Part shown: positions 21,775-32,589 of the stretch, one piece after another
Numbering within the stretch: position 1 is the first letter of the stretch
Layout of the letters: each line of letters starts with the position of its first letter
NCBI GenBank assembly: GCA_934101185.1
Contig: CAKOQD010000001.1
Coordinates: forward strand, 187,336 to 251,335
DNA length: 64,000 bases
From: an uncultured Bacilli bacterium
Lineage (GTDB): Bacteria; Bacillota_I; Bacilli_A; RF39; UBA660
Direction: 5' to 3'
Translations under genes and position numbers: made by a program
Notes under the pieces: model-generated
Seen by the model: only the letters and a program-made list of their open reading frames with translations
Databases searched by the model: none
Told to the model about the DNA's origin: nothing

Positions 21775-23730
21775 ATGAAAAAAATAGCTAAAATAACATT
21801 AAAAATATTTATATATATTATTCTATTCTTTGTAATATGTAACATATTCGGATACATATACGCCCTTATAACACCAAAACTAGACATAAAAAGTGCAAAC
21901 AAATTCTACCTATATGATAATAAACAACAACTAGTATTCCAAGGAAATGGTAATGAAGAATGGATAAACTTAAATGAAATGGGAACATATATAAAAGAAG
22001 CAACAATATCAGTCGAAGATAAAAACTTTTATAAACATAAAGGATTTGACTATCTAAGAATAACAAAAGCCATGTTAGAAAACATAAAACAAAAACAAAT
22101 AGTTCAAGGAGCATCCACTATAACACAACAATATGCAAAAAATCTATTTCTAGACTTCTCAAAAAGTTGGAAAAGAAAATGGAAAGAAATGTGGATAACA
22201 TTCGAACTAGAAACCCATTATACAAAAGATGAAATACTCGAAGGCTACTTAAACACTATTAACTATGGACACGGAATGTATGGAGTAGCAAACGCTAGCA
22301 AATACTACTTTGATAAAGACGTAAAAGACTTAACATTAGCACAAGCAGCAATGCTGGCAGGAATACCAAACTCACCAGCAAACTACTCACCAAAAGACAA
22401 CTTTGAAAAATCAAAAACAAGACAAGAACTAGTATTAGAAAGAATGTATAAAAATAAATACATATCAAAAGAAGAATATCAAAGAGCCAAAAATGAAAAA
22501 ATAGAAATATCCAAAAACAACAATAAAGACAATTTAACATCCCTACTATATTACTATGATGCAACCATGGAAGAACTATATAATCTAAAAGAAATACCAA
22601 AAAGCTACTTGGAAACAAAAGGAATAAAAATATACACATCACTAGATACAAATGCCCAAAAAGCACTCGAAGAATCAAATACAAAAATAACCGAAAAAAA
22701 CTCTCAAACAGCAAAAGTCATGATGGACTCAAAAACCGGCGGAGTACTAGGATTAATCGGAGGAATTGACTATGGCTACTCACAATACAATCGTGCAACA
22801 CAAGCAAAAAGACAACCAGGTTCAACAGTAAAACCATTCTTATACTATAGAGCAATAGAAAAAGGATTTACTTCAACAACAAAATTCTTAAGTAATGAAA
22901 CAACATTCAACTTCGACAATAACAAAACTTATTCTCCAAAAAACTATGGTAATATATATGCAGGAAAAGAAATAACTCTAGCAGCGGCACTAGCATATTC
23001 TGACAACATATTCGCAGTAAAAACACACCTTTTCCTAGGACAAGACGAATTAGTAGAAACACTCAAAAAAGTAGGAATAGAAGAACAAATAAAAGAACTA
23101 CCATCCATTCCATTAGGAACATTCGAAACCAGTCCCCTAAGTCTAGCAACAGCATACTCAACCCTTGCAAATGAAGGCAAAAAAATAACAGCACACTTCA
23201 TAGAAAAAATCGAAGATATAAATGGCAATGTTTTATATGAAAAAAAATACAAAGAAGAACAAATTCTAGATTCTGCAATCACATTCATAATAAGTGAACT
23301 ATTAACAGGATCATACGACAAAGAATTAATAGACTACACTTATCCAACTTGTTATAGTATGATACCAGATCTAACAAAAAAATACGCTTTAAAAAGTGGA
23401 AGTACTGATACAGATTCGTGGATAATAGGATACACAAAAGACTACGTACTAGTATCTTGGACTGGATATGACGACAACAAAAACATAGAAAACAAAATAG
23501 TAGCAGACAATAAAAAATCATGGTCATATGCCATGGAAACATACTTAAAAGACAAAGAAAGCACATGGTATAAAATACCAAAAACAGTAATCGGAGTTCT
23601 AGTAGACCCCATAACTGGAGAACCTGCAGATCAAAACAGCAAACACAAAAAAATATTGTACTATATAAATGGTACAGAACCAAAAGGAGAAACCTATGAT
23701 AAGAAAGAAAATGAAGAAAAACGCGATTGA
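21775..23730 (+). CDS. Class A penicillin-binding protein (glycosyltransferase GT51 + transpeptidase)
   Basis: The protein has an N-terminal TM helix, GT51 motifs (EDKNFYKHKGFD, GASTITQQ), and transpeptidase motifs STVKP (SxxK) and KSGST. Confidence 0.93.
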   Translation: MKKIAKITLKIFIYIILFFVICNIFGYIYALITPKLDIKSANKFYLYDNKQQLVFQGNGNEEWINLNEMGTYIKEATISVEDKNFYKHKGFDYLRITKAMLENIKQKQIVQGASTITQQYAKNLFLDFSKSWKRKWKEMWITFELETHYTKDEILEGYLNTINYGHGMYGVANASKYYFDKDVKDLTLAQAAMLAGIPNSPANYSPKDNFEKSKTRQELVLERMYKNKYISKEEYQRAKNEKIEISKNNNKDNLTSLLYYYDATMEELYNLKEIPKSYLETKGIKIYTSLDTNAQKALEESNTKITEKNSQTAKVMMDSKTGGVLGLIGGIDYGYSQYNRATQAKRQPGSTVKPFLYYRAIEKGFTSTTKFLSNETTFNFDNNKTYSPKNYGNIYAGKEITLAAALAYSDNIFAVKTHLFLGQDELVETLKKVGIEEQIKELPSIPLGTFETSPLSLATAYSTLANEGKKITAHFIEKIEDINGNVLYEKKYKEEQILDSAITFIISELLTGSYDKELIDYTYPTCYSMIPDLTKKYALKSGSTDTDSWIIGYTKDYVLVSWTGYDDNKNIENKIVADNKKSWSYAMETYLKDKESTWYKIPKTVIGVLVDPITGEPADQNSKHKKILYYINGTEPKGETYDKKENEEKRD

Positions 23731-23887
23731 TATCAATCAAGAATATTTATATTATTTAATGAATGATTTAGGACTATTAAACGAAAGCGAACTATATGAT
23801 GCAAACATAACTAGCGAAGAATGGGAAAATCCAACTGAACAAACCCTAGATCGCCTTGAAATCTATAGACAAAAAAGAAAAAAATAA
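23696..23887 (+). CDS. Small hypothetical protein (63 aa)
   Basis: The ATG at 23696 is preceded by AAGGAGA. The ORF overlaps the PBP 3' end in another frame. I do not recognise any family. Confidence 0.45.
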   Translation: MIRKKMKKNAIDINQEYLYYLMNDLGLLNESELYDANITSEEWENPTEQTLDRLEIYRQKRKK

Positions 23888-23907
23888 TCAAACCGATTAT
23901 TTTTTTA
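23876..23907. terminator. Bidirectional terminator hairpin between convergent genes
   Basis: The sequence AAAATAATC-AAACC-GATTATTTT is flanked by A and T runs and overlaps both stop codons. Confidence 0.55.
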
Positions 23908-24463
23908 TATTATCAATTATTTCAACAAGATCTCCATTCTTAAGCATAAATGCATTAGCATCATCCCTATCCAAATGAAGTTCAAAATATCCATTATCAA
24001 TCTCTTTAATATGAACATCACCAAGAATACCAGGTTTTACCCCATCAACCTTAACACTATATAAATCATCAAGTAACCCAAACTTAACTCTGTCCTCATG
24101 AGAAATATGAATATGACGTGTGGCAATAATACAACAATCTCGAATTATTTCTCCTTTTTCTCCCACTATTGTAATATATTCACCACAAGAAACATTCCCA
24201 GAACTTCTTACCTCTGGAGAAATCCCAAAAAAGTAAGCATCAGTTTTACTAATTTCAACCTGAGTATAATCTCTACAAGGTCCAAGAACAGCAACATCAC
24301 AAATAACACCTTTATCAGTCTTCAAACAAACCCTTTTATTAGACTTATACTCACCAACTTGAGAAAGTTCTTTTTCACATTCCATTTCTGTATCAAATAA
24401 CAACTCATAATCAAACCTTGACAAATGAACATGTCTATTCGAAACACCTACTTTAACTTTCAA
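23897..24463 (-). CDS. pduL: Phosphate propanoyltransferase / phosphotransacylase PduL
   Basis: It has a duplicated PduL fold signature (VGVSNRHVHLS ... ATRHIHIS) and a typical length of 188 aa. Confidence 0.85.
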   Translation of the reverse strand: MKVKVGVSNRHVHLSRFDYELLFDTEMECEKELSQVGEYKSNKRVCLKTDKGVICDVAVLGPCRDYTQVEISKTDAYFFGISPEVRSSGNVSCGEYITIVGEKGEIIRDCCIIATRHIHISHEDRVKFGLLDDLYSVKVDGVKPGILGDVHIKEIDNGYFELHLDRDDANAFMLKNGDLVEIIDNIKK

Positions 24464-24467
24464 AATA

Positions 24468-25532
24468 TCATCTCCTAATTAATAAAAACACTATCAAAAT
24501 AACAAATATAATAACAATCAAAACAAATATTTTTAACATTTCTGCAGAAGCAACATCATCCAATTTTCTAACCAACTTCTTTACATTTTTTTTATCATAT
24601 AAAAGTTGATCATCCTTTTGCATCTCATTTATATTTTTATCAACATTATCAGTAAATTCAACCGGCATATCGTTAATTTCTAAAGTATCACCGTTAGAAG
24701 ACACATTTACATACTTATTATTCTCATTAGTAGAAGACAATGTTTCAGCATCATTTGCATAAAGCATAACAATTTCATAAATAGCCTTGCTATCAAAAGC
24801 TTCTTCACTAGTGTATTCAAAAACAACCTTAGGAATCTTTTCACTAACATTATATCCCTTATAAAATAATTCAATAGAACGTTGTGAAGGATTACCATTT
24901 ATTCTAATATTAAAAGTTTGATCATCTCTTTGATTACTTTTATAAAAATTAACATAATTTCTAAGGTCTGCAACTGAAGGATTTACAATTCTTTTAACAT
25001 TATTCAAAGCTTCTTCATTAATTTTCTCTAATTGATTTTCATAAGTAAGAGTAGATTGAACAAATTTATCACCGAATTCTTGACCAACTTCCTTTTCTTT
25101 TTTCAAAGATTGATTAACATTATCAAGTTTATTATTTTCACTACTCAAATTGTTTATATAAGTCTGTCGCTTTGCCTGTGTATCATTTTCTTCATGTTGT
25201 TCTAAAGTATTAGCATTCAAATCAATTTTTCTATCATGTAAATTACTTTCAATATTCATAGAAGCCTGTTTTAATAACTCTTCACGTAATCTCACTTTTT
25301 TTCTATCATCAACTAAATTTTTTAAATCATTCAAAATAGTATCATAATAATCCTGAACATTTTTAGGCATTTCATACATATTATCAATAGTAAGCAACTT
25401 ATCCAATGCTTCCTCCGGTGTATACTTATTGTCTGCAATATCTCTAATGATAGGATATGTACTCTTTTCAGGATCAAACAATTCCTTAAAATAAGATAGT
25501 TTTTTTTGAATTTCACTTATACTGTAAGCCAT
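24468..25532 (-). CDS. Hypothetical tail-anchored membrane protein (coiled-coil, Asn/Lys rich)
   Basis: The ATG at 25532 follows GAGGTG, and there is a single C-terminal TM helix (IFVLIVIIFVILIVFLLI). I do not recognise any family. Confidence 0.55.
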   Translation of the reverse strand: MAYSISEIQKKLSYFKELFDPEKSTYPIIRDIADNKYTPEEALDKLLTIDNMYEMPKNVQDYYDTILNDLKNLVDDRKKVRLREELLKQASMNIESNLHDRKIDLNANTLEQHEENDTQAKRQTYINNLSSENNKLDNVNQSLKKEKEVGQEFGDKFVQSTLTYENQLEKINEEALNNVKRIVNPSVADLRNYVNFYKSNQRDDQTFNIRINGNPSQRSIELFYKGYNVSEKIPKVVFEYTSEEAFDSKAIYEIVMLYANDAETLSSTNENNKYVNVSSNGDTLEINDMPVEFTDNVDKNINEMQKDDQLLYDKKNVKKLVRKLDDVASAEMLKIFVLIVIIFVILIVFLLIRR

Positions 25533-25617
25533 ACATAACACCTCTATAATAAGTATAACATAAACAAAAATAAAGTACTATATAAAAAAATAAAACATAC
25601 AATTAAGTGGTGATAAA

Positions 25618-25947
25618 ATGAATAATAGTTATTATAATCCTGGTTTTAATACCAACCCAAATCAAAATCTAAACACAATTCCAACAGGAATAAGTGAAGA
25701 TCTTCCAATGGAACAATCATATGTAGAAAACATCTTAAGATTAAACAAAGGAAAAGTTGCAAGTATATATATGACTTTTCCAGATTCAAACGAATATAGA
25801 GATAGAATATTCACCGGAGTCGTAGAACAAGCAGCAAGAGATCATGTTGTAATAAGTGATCCAAAAACTGGCAAATGGTATTTACTTCTATCAATATACG
25901 TTGATTTCATTGTATTTGATGAAGAAATAAACTATAAAGTAATTTAA
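25618..25947 (+). CDS. gerQ: Spore coat protein GerQ-like
   Basis: It has an N/Q-rich N-terminus followed by SYVENILRLNKGK...VYMTF...G.VEQAARDHVVISDP, which resembles GerQ (YwdL). Confidence 0.7.
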   Translation: MNNSYYNPGFNTNPNQNLNTIPTGISEDLPMEQSYVENILRLNKGKVASIYMTFPDSNEYRDRIFTGVVEQAARDHVVISDPKTGKWYLLLSIYVDFIVFDEEINYKVI

Positions 25948-25950
25948 TCA

Positions 25951-25979
25951 AAAAGAAACTATTTTTGTAGTTTCTTTTT
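25951..25979 (+). terminator. Rho-independent terminator after gerQ
   Basis: The sequence AAAAGAAACTA-TTTTTG-TAGTTTCTTTT is followed by T residues. Confidence 0.7.
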
Positions 25980-26040
25980 AAAATTAATGTAAATAATACT
26001 AAAAAATATGATATAATCTTTTTATAGGATTGGTGATAAA

Positions 26041-26541
26041 ATGATATATATAATTATTATAATAACAATTATACTAGCATTACTAGCAATAGTATTTATA
26101 AAATATAAAAAATTAGAAGACCTTGAAAATGCAATAATAACTTGCGAAGACAACCTAGAAAACCATTTAAAAGAAAAAAACGAAATAATAAAAGAAGTAA
26201 TAAAAGATATAAATGATGAAGAATTAAACAAATTCACATATAATGAAGAAGAAACAATTCATGAAAAAGAGGACAACCTATTTAACATAAGATGGGATAT
26301 TAACAAATACTTGTTAGAAAATCCTAAAAAAAATAAAAAATTTAAAAAAGAAATAATAAAACTAAATGAAATTGATGATGACATCGAAGGATTAAAAGAT
26401 TACTATAACGCAAACGTAATAAATTACAATGAAATATTCTTAAAAAAACCTATGAACTTAATATATAAACTACTAAAATTCACTCAATACAAATCATTTA
26501 AACTTAGAAAAATAGATGATTATGAAATATTAAAAAATTAG
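26041..26541 (+). CDS. LemA-like membrane-anchored protein (divergent)
   Basis: It has an N-terminal TM helix, and the C-terminal part (DYYNANVINYNEIFLKKPMNLIYKLL) resembles the LemA YN..V..YN...FP motif. Confidence 0.5.
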   Translation: MIYIIIIITIILALLAIVFIKYKKLEDLENAIITCEDNLENHLKEKNEIIKEVIKDINDEELNKFTYNEEETIHEKEDNLFNIRWDINKYLLENPKKNKKFKKEIIKLNEIDDDIEGLKDYYNANVINYNEIFLKKPMNLIYKLLKFTQYKSFKLRKIDDYEILKN

Positions 26542-27200
26542 TCTATAGAAAAATCTATTGGACTAATTTTTTTTGATATCAAAAACTCATTAGCTTTAGA
26601 AAACGGTCTACTTCCAAAAAAACCATTATAACAAGAAAATGGCGAAGGATGTACAGATTCAAGTATCAAATGATTAGGATTAGTAATAAACTTCTTCTTA
26701 CTTCTTGCATAACTACCCCATAAAATAAATACAACAGGTACATCACGTTCATTAATCTTTTGTATAACTGCATCAGTAAATAATTCCCAATTATACTTTT
26801 TATGAGACAAAGGACTATCCTTTTCAACAGTAAGGATACTATTTAAAAGAAAAACACCTTGCTTCGCCCATTTAGACAAATTACCACTCTCTGCAACTTC
26901 ATAACCTAAATCATCATGCAACTCCTTATAAATATTTAAAAGTGAAGGTGGCTTTCTAATTCCATCATTAACAGAAAAAGAAAGTCCCATAGCCTCACCC
27001 TCTCCATGATAAGGATCTTGCCCTAAAATAACAACCTTTACTTGATCATAATCAGTATATTTAAAAGCATTAAAAACATCATCAGCTTTTGGATAAACAG
27101 TATGTATTCTATATTCATTGCGTATATCACTAACTAACTTTTTAAAATACGGTTTAGAAAACTCATCACAAAGAACAACATCCCACTTTTTATTAAGCAT
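26538..27200 (-). CDS. ung: Uracil-DNA glycosylase
   Basis: It has the family-1 UDG motifs VVILGQDPYH and HPSPFS. Confidence 0.96.
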   Translation of the reverse strand: MLNKKWDVVLCDEFSKPYFKKLVSDIRNEYRIHTVYPKADDVFNAFKYTDYDQVKVVILGQDPYHGEGEAMGLSFSVNDGIRKPPSLLNIYKELHDDLGYEVAESGNLSKWAKQGVFLLNSILTVEKDSPLSHKKYNWELFTDAVIQKINERDVPVVFILWGSYARSKKKFITNPNHLILESVHPSPFSCYNGFFGSRPFSKANEFLISKKISPIDFSID

Positions 27201-27237
27201 AATACTACCTCCAAAAATATTTTACAACAAAAAACAA

Positions 27238-28512
27238 CTAATTACTAGACCTAACCTTCTTAACCACAACATCCCTAAGCATAAATATAGAATAAGTATT
27301 TATAATAGTAAGCAATCCCACAAAAATATCAATAGTTCTCCAAACAATATAAGATGAAACAATGCCTCCTACAAACAAAGACAAAACTGTAACAATCTTA
27401 AGAATATTTATTAACAATTTTTTGTTAGTAAGTCCTTTTAAATTACTAAGAGCATAATAATATACAGTTATAATCGTAGAAAAGGCAAATAAAACTAAAA
27501 TAATAAGCAATAAAACCTCTCCAATATAACCAAAATGATAATTAAAAGCATACTTAGTAAGTTCAATTCCATTCATCGAAGAAAACACTCCATAGTCGCT
27601 AGTGGCAATAATTAAAATCGTAACAAAAGAAACAATAAAACCAATAAAATAAGTAGAAACAATACCAGTATTTCCTTGTTTAATAAAATCAGTATTACTA
27701 CTAGTTCCACTTATCATTGCACTAGTACCAACACCAGCCTCAGTCTGAAAAATACCTTTTTGAATACCAATAAGCATTACATACAAAAAACCACCAGACA
27801 TTGATTTAACATCAAATGCACTATAAAAAATATTAAAAAACAACTCCGGAATAAAAGAAATATTTTTCACAAACACTATCAAACCAATAAATAAATACAT
27901 AAACATCATAATTGGAAAAATCTTATTACAAAGATTAGAAACAGTCTTAATTCCCTTTAAAAAAACAAAACAAGACAATATTGTTATAATAAAAGAAACT
28001 ACTACAATATTTATATTATACATATCTTCAATCAAAGAAACCATAGTATTATTTTGTATCGCAATAAAACCAGTAGAATAAGAAACAATAGCCCAAATAG
28101 CATATAAAAAGGCAAGCTTCTTCTTTTTAAGACCATATTTAATATAATAAAAAGGTCCTCCTTGACACCCATTATTGTCAACTTTTTTATATATAGTTGA
28201 CAAAATGTTCTCCACAAAACAATTAATAGAAGTTAAAAATGTAATAACCCATATCCAAAAAACTGATCCTAATCCCCCATAATAAATAGTAAAAGCAATA
28301 CCCGCTAAAGAACCAACTCCTATTTTCGAAGACAAAGACATAATTAAACTATCCTTTGCGCTAATATCATTATGACTCTTCTCTGTTTTAAGACAAGACA
28401 ACACTTTAAATAATTTGAGCTGAACAAACTTAAGTTTAAAAGTAAAATAAATACTAGATAAAAAAAGAAAAGAAACTGCAACAGCCCAAATAAGTTTATT
28501 AATAAGTTCCAT
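27238..28512 (-). CDS. Alanine/glycine:cation symporter (AGCS family)
   Basis: This is a 424-aa polytopic membrane protein with AGCS-like sequence (GGPFYY, EAGVGT). Confidence 0.75.
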   Translation of the reverse strand: MELINKLIWAVAVSFLFLSSIYFTFKLKFVQLKLFKVLSCLKTEKSHNDISAKDSLIMSLSSKIGVGSLAGIAFTIYYGGLGSVFWIWVITFLTSINCFVENILSTIYKKVDNNGCQGGPFYYIKYGLKKKKLAFLYAIWAIVSYSTGFIAIQNNTMVSLIEDMYNINIVVVSFIITILSCFVFLKGIKTVSNLCNKIFPIMMFMYLFIGLIVFVKNISFIPELFFNIFYSAFDVKSMSGGFLYVMLIGIQKGIFQTEAGVGTSAMISGTSSNTDFIKQGNTGIVSTYFIGFIVSFVTILIIATSDYGVFSSMNGIELTKYAFNYHFGYIGEVLLLIILVLFAFSTIITVYYYALSNLKGLTNKKLLINILKIVTVLSLFVGGIVSSYIVWRTIDIFVGLLTIINTYSIFMLRDVVVKKVRSSN

Positions 28513-28553
28513 AACATCACCAATTAATTATATGAAAAAAAGTAGGAATTAAC

Positions 28554-29009
28554 CTACTTATGATATTTTTCATTATTAATTATCTTAAAACTACGATAAA
28601 TTTGTTCAAGTAATAAAACTCTAAACAACTGATGAGGAAAAGTCATCTTAGAAAAAGATATTCTTTTCTTAAACAAACTATATATTTCATCATCAAAGCC
28701 ATTTGAAGACCCAATTATAAAAGTAATATTACTATTATAAGAAAGCTCATCATTAATAAAATCAGAAAACGAAACACTTGAATACTCAATGCCATTAACA
28801 TCAAGCAAAACAACATTATCTTTTTCTTTAATATTTCTTAGTATAACATCCTTCTCTTTAGCTAAACAACTCTTAACATCAACATCACTACAATCAGGAA
28901 TTTCAATCAAAGAAATCTTAGTATACTTACTAAGTCTTTTAAGATACTCAGAAACAGCATCCCTAAAGTACTTTTCCTTTAACTTTCCAATACAAATAAT
29001 CTTTATCAT
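28554..29009 (-). CDS. rlmH: 23S rRNA (pseudouridine1915-N3)-methyltransferase RlmH
   Basis: The 151-aa product is SPOUT-class and RlmH-like (MIKIICIGKLKEKYF...IGSSNG...SFSKMTFPHQL). Confidence 0.9.
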   Translation of the reverse strand: MIKIICIGKLKEKYFRDAVSEYLKRLSKYTKISLIEIPDCSDVDVKSCLAKEKDVILRNIKEKDNVVLLDVNGIEYSSVSFSDFINDELSYNSNITFIIGSSNGFDDEIYSLFKKRISFSKMTFPHQLFRVLLLEQIYRSFKIINNEKYHK

Positions 29010-29731
29010 TAAATAACTACCTCTTCCAATGCTTCAAACTGTTTAGCAACAAGAATTTCTATATCATCATTCAAACCATTACGCATAATATCATATACAA
29101 GCTTACTATCATTATTTTCCAAAGACAAATGAGCAAGTATAACACACTTAGTTCTAGAACCAACAAGACCTTTCAAATAAGTAAGAGCTTGTTCATTAGA
29201 TAAATGCCCTTCATCACTAAGTATTCTCATTTGTAAATAAAATGGTTTAGAACTATGCCTTAACATATCAACATCATGATTACTTTCCATAATATATATA
29301 TCCTTATTACCAATTTCTTCTAAAACATTCTTATTAATATAACCAGTATCAGTAATATAAACAAGCTCTTTATCACCATCACTAATAATCATTCCACAGC
29401 AATAACTATCATGAGACAAATCAAACAATTTCAAAGAAGTATCTCCAATACTAAACTGTCTTTCATTATTAATTTTATCATAAGACACTAAATTTCCAAG
29501 ATCAGCCATAGTATAAACAATAGGATTCTTTTTCAATACAGATTTAAGCCCTCCGATATGATCTTTATGAGTATGAGTAATAACAACAATATCAATATTA
29601 GGAGTATCTCCACCTAATCTTTCAGAAATATTTTTATATGTTAGTCCTGCATCTATTAAAATATTACAAGAAGCAGTCTCAACAATAGTAGCATTACCAC
29701 GAGAACCACTTCCAATTACTCTAACCTTCAT
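29009..29731 (-). CDS. MBL-fold metallo-hydrolase (YycJ/WalJ-like)
   Basis: It has the HTHKDH metal-binding motif and lies beside rlmH, as in the Bacillus yycJ region. Confidence 0.8.
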   Translation of the reverse strand: MKVRVIGSGSRGNATIVETASCNILIDAGLTYKNISERLGGDTPNIDIVVITHTHKDHIGGLKSVLKKNPIVYTMADLGNLVSYDKINNERQFSIGDTSLKLFDLSHDSYCCGMIISDGDKELVYITDTGYINKNVLEEIGNKDIYIMESNHDVDMLRHSSKPFYLQMRILSDEGHLSNEQALTYLKGLVGSRTKCVILAHLSLENNDSKLVYDIMRNGLNDDIEILVAKQFEALEEVVI

Positions 29732-31257
29732 TAATAAAGTGAGAATGGGTTGACAACAGAACCATTTCTATACACAGCATAATGAAGATGCGTTCCAAAT
29801 GAAAAACCTGAATTTCCCATAGTTCCTATAACTTGTTTTTTAGATACAACTTGACCAACACTAACATTAACACTATTTAAATGGGCATACAAAGTTACCA
29901 CACCATTTCCATGATTAATTTCAACATAATTACCATAATTTACAACACTCGTATTATTACCATAACCAGTAGCAATTTCAGTAACAGTACCACCTTGAGC
30001 AGCATATATTGGAGAACCAAGACCAGTACACGAAATATCAAGCGCATAATGTCTTTCATAAGAACGATACTCACCATAACTAGAAGTCAAACAATAACCA
30101 CTTTTAGTAGGCCATGCCCAGTAACCATCCGGAGCACTATAATTAATTGAACCAATATAACTTCCACTCCAAGTAGTACGTTTAGTACCAACCTTAACAA
30201 TTTTATCAACAGGTTCCTTTAATACTTCAGAAGAAACCCCAACAGCACTAACTATAAAACCATTCTTTCTTTGTACTTTTTTAGTAACCTTTTCTACACC
30301 ATTTTCACCCTTCTTAACAGTTTTAGATTGTCCTACATACATAGAACTATCCTTTTGTTCAATAGTATCATACTTAATAGTTTGTTTAGCAACTTCATGT
30401 GTAACTTCAGTAACAGTAATTTGAGGCTCAATCAAATTAACAACTAGTTCTTGTCCCTCATATAAAAGAGCATCCTCACCAGATAAATCATTATTAGCAA
30501 CCAATAATTCTTTTATATTAAGTTTATTAGCCTCTGCAATAGATACCAATGTATCACTAGCCTTACATTTATAAGTCTTTTGCTTATCTAAATTACCAAA
30601 TATTAAATACTTAGTAAGTTCCTTTGTCGCAGAAACACTATCATGATCATAAAATATCTTCTCATTAACAGGAACTCTTCCCTTTTTTATAGTAATCTCA
30701 TCCTCAATATAAACATTTTCAATAATAGTTCCTTCATCCACTATATCTTGTTGTTGTTCCCTAAGATAAGCATCATACTTATCCTTATCAACAAACGATC
30801 TAACAGTCTCATTTATTGAATCAGTAAAAACCTTTTTATTAAGTACATAAAGCTTCAAATCATTGTCTTTCTTCTTTATAGTGATAATATAACCATCAAT
30901 AGTAAAAGCCTTTTCATTAGAAATCTTATTATAAACCTCAGCAACCGAAGAAATCTTCTCATTATAAGTAATTTCTTTTTCAATCTTTAAATTATTAGGT
31001 TCATATACTCTAGAAACATTATACTGTTCCTTTATAGCATTTTGCTTTTCATTTATATAAGATTCAAACTCACTCTTAGACTTAATAAGTCCAATAGACT
31101 TACCCTCTAAATAAACACGATAAACATCTTGTGCTTCATAATAAACATTTTTAGTATTATCAACAAAAACAAGTCCAATTGCAAGAACAAAAGCTAAAAA
31201 AACTGTAAAAATTGCACTAGTCTTATTCACTCTTATCACCAACCTCTTTAATATCAT
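29731..31257 (-). CDS. M23 peptidase with LysM and G5-like domains
   Basis: It has an N-terminal anchor, a LysM domain (YKCKASDTLVSIAEANKLNIKELLVANN), a G5-like segment, and a C-terminal M23 domain (HYALDIS...GNSGFSFGTHLHY). The start overlaps the dnaB 3' end and is uncertain. Confidence 0.8.
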   Translation of the reverse strand: MILKRLVIRVNKTSAIFTVFLAFVLAIGLVFVDNTKNVYYEAQDVYRVYLEGKSIGLIKSKSEFESYINEKQNAIKEQYNVSRVYEPNNLKIEKEITYNEKISSVAEVYNKISNEKAFTIDGYIITIKKKDNDLKLYVLNKKVFTDSINETVRSFVDKDKYDAYLREQQQDIVDEGTIIENVYIEDEITIKKGRVPVNEKIFYDHDSVSATKELTKYLIFGNLDKQKTYKCKASDTLVSIAEANKLNIKELLVANNDLSGEDALLYEGQELVVNLIEPQITVTEVTHEVAKQTIKYDTIEQKDSSMYVGQSKTVKKGENGVEKVTKKVQRKNGFIVSAVGVSSEVLKEPVDKIVKVGTKRTTWSGSYIGSINYSAPDGYWAWPTKSGYCLTSSYGEYRSYERHYALDISCTGLGSPIYAAQGGTVTEIATGYGNNTSVVNYGNYVEINHGNGVVTLYAHLNSVNVSVGQVVSKKQVIGTMGNSGFSFGTHLHYAVYRNGSVVNPFSLY

Positions 31258-32584
31258 TAGTATAATTCATAAAAGATTGAGTATTCTTTTTAAAAAGTAA
31301 CTCAGCAGTACCAGTACTACCATTCCTATTCTTACGCAAAATAACTTCTATTTTACTAATATTATCCGGAGTACTAACCTCTTTATTATGATAATCATCA
31401 CGATACAAAAATGCAACTATATCAGCATCTTGTTCAATTTGACCAGATTCCCTTAAATCACTAAGTATAGGTCTTTTATCCTCACGAGCCTCAAGCGCAC
31501 GAGACAACTGAGCCAAAGCAAGAATAGGTATTTGAAGTTCCAAAGCAAGAGCCTTAAGAGCACGTGATATTTCAGAAACTTCTTGTTGCCTTTGACCAGA
31601 ATATCTACTCATTCCATTAATTAATGTAAGATAATCAATAACAATAAGTGCTAAATTAGGATCTTGTGCTTTAACCCTTCTTGACTTTGCCTTTATGTCA
31701 CCCACTGTAATATTAGTAGTATCCGCTATATAGATATTCGTATCAGCAAGAGTAGCCATAGCACTAGTTACTCTAGACCAATCCTTATTTTCTAAATTAC
31801 CATTCTTTAATTTAAAAGCTTCAATTTGCCCAACTGATGCAATCATACGTGGAACAACTTGCTCAGCCAACATTTCAAGAGTAAAGATAATAACAGACTT
31901 CTTATCATTAATAGCAACATTTTGTGCAATATTAAGAGCAAGAGCAGTCTTACCTACAGATGGACGAGCTGCTAAAATAATAAGCTCTCCTGGATGAAAA
32001 CCATCAGTCAACTTATCAATATCAATATAACCAGAAGAAAGTCCACTAATCTTTCCTTTATTAGCAGCAAGCTTTTCCAAATTAGTTTGAACATTAGTAA
32101 GAACCTCAGGCATATGCTTAAAATCAGTAGCCTTTCTATCTTTTACAACTTCCAAAATCTTACTTTCAGCTTTATCCAAAGTTTCTTCCAAATTATATTC
32201 ATTACTATATCCCAAAGAAGCAATATCAGTAGCGCTATCAATAAGTCTTCTTAAAACACTTTTTTCCTCAACAATATTAATATAATAAGAAACATTCGAA
32301 GCAATCGGAGTTTGTTCCATAATCTCAGTTATATACTCAACTCCACCAACCGCACTAAGTAAACCTTGATCTTTTAATTCATTAGTAAGTGTTGTAAAAT
32401 CAACCGGAATGCCATTATCATATAATTTCTTAATAGCATTAAAAAGCTTGCCATGTTTATCTAAATAAAAACTTTCAGGAGCCAAGCTCTCTATCGCTTC
32501 AACAATTGCACTCTTAGAAAGTAACATTGCTCCAATAACAGATTGTTCAGCTTCTATATTTTGTGGTATTTCTCTATTCACCAT
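31223..32584 (-). CDS. dnaB: Replicative DNA helicase
   Basis: The 453-aa product has an N-terminus starting IPQNIEAEQSVIGAML and a Walker A motif (ARPSVGKT). Confidence 0.97.
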   Translation of the reverse strand: MVNREIPQNIEAEQSVIGAMLLSKSAIVEAIESLAPESFYLDKHGKLFNAIKKLYDNGIPVDFTTLTNELKDQGLLSAVGGVEYITEIMEQTPIASNVSYYINIVEEKSVLRRLIDSATDIASLGYSNEYNLEETLDKAESKILEVVKDRKATDFKHMPEVLTNVQTNLEKLAANKGKISGLSSGYIDIDKLTDGFHPGELIILAARPSVGKTALALNIAQNVAINDKKSVIIFTLEMLAEQVVPRMIASVGQIEAFKLKNGNLENKDWSRVTSAMATLADTNIYIADTTNITVGDIKAKSRRVKAQDPNLALIVIDYLTLINGMSRYSGQRQQEVSEISRALKALALELQIPILALAQLSRALEAREDKRPILSDLRESGQIEQDADIVAFLYRDDYHNKEVSTPDNISKIEVILRKNRNGSTGTAELLFKKNTQSFMNYTNDIKEVGDKSE

Positions 32585-32589
32585 ATCAC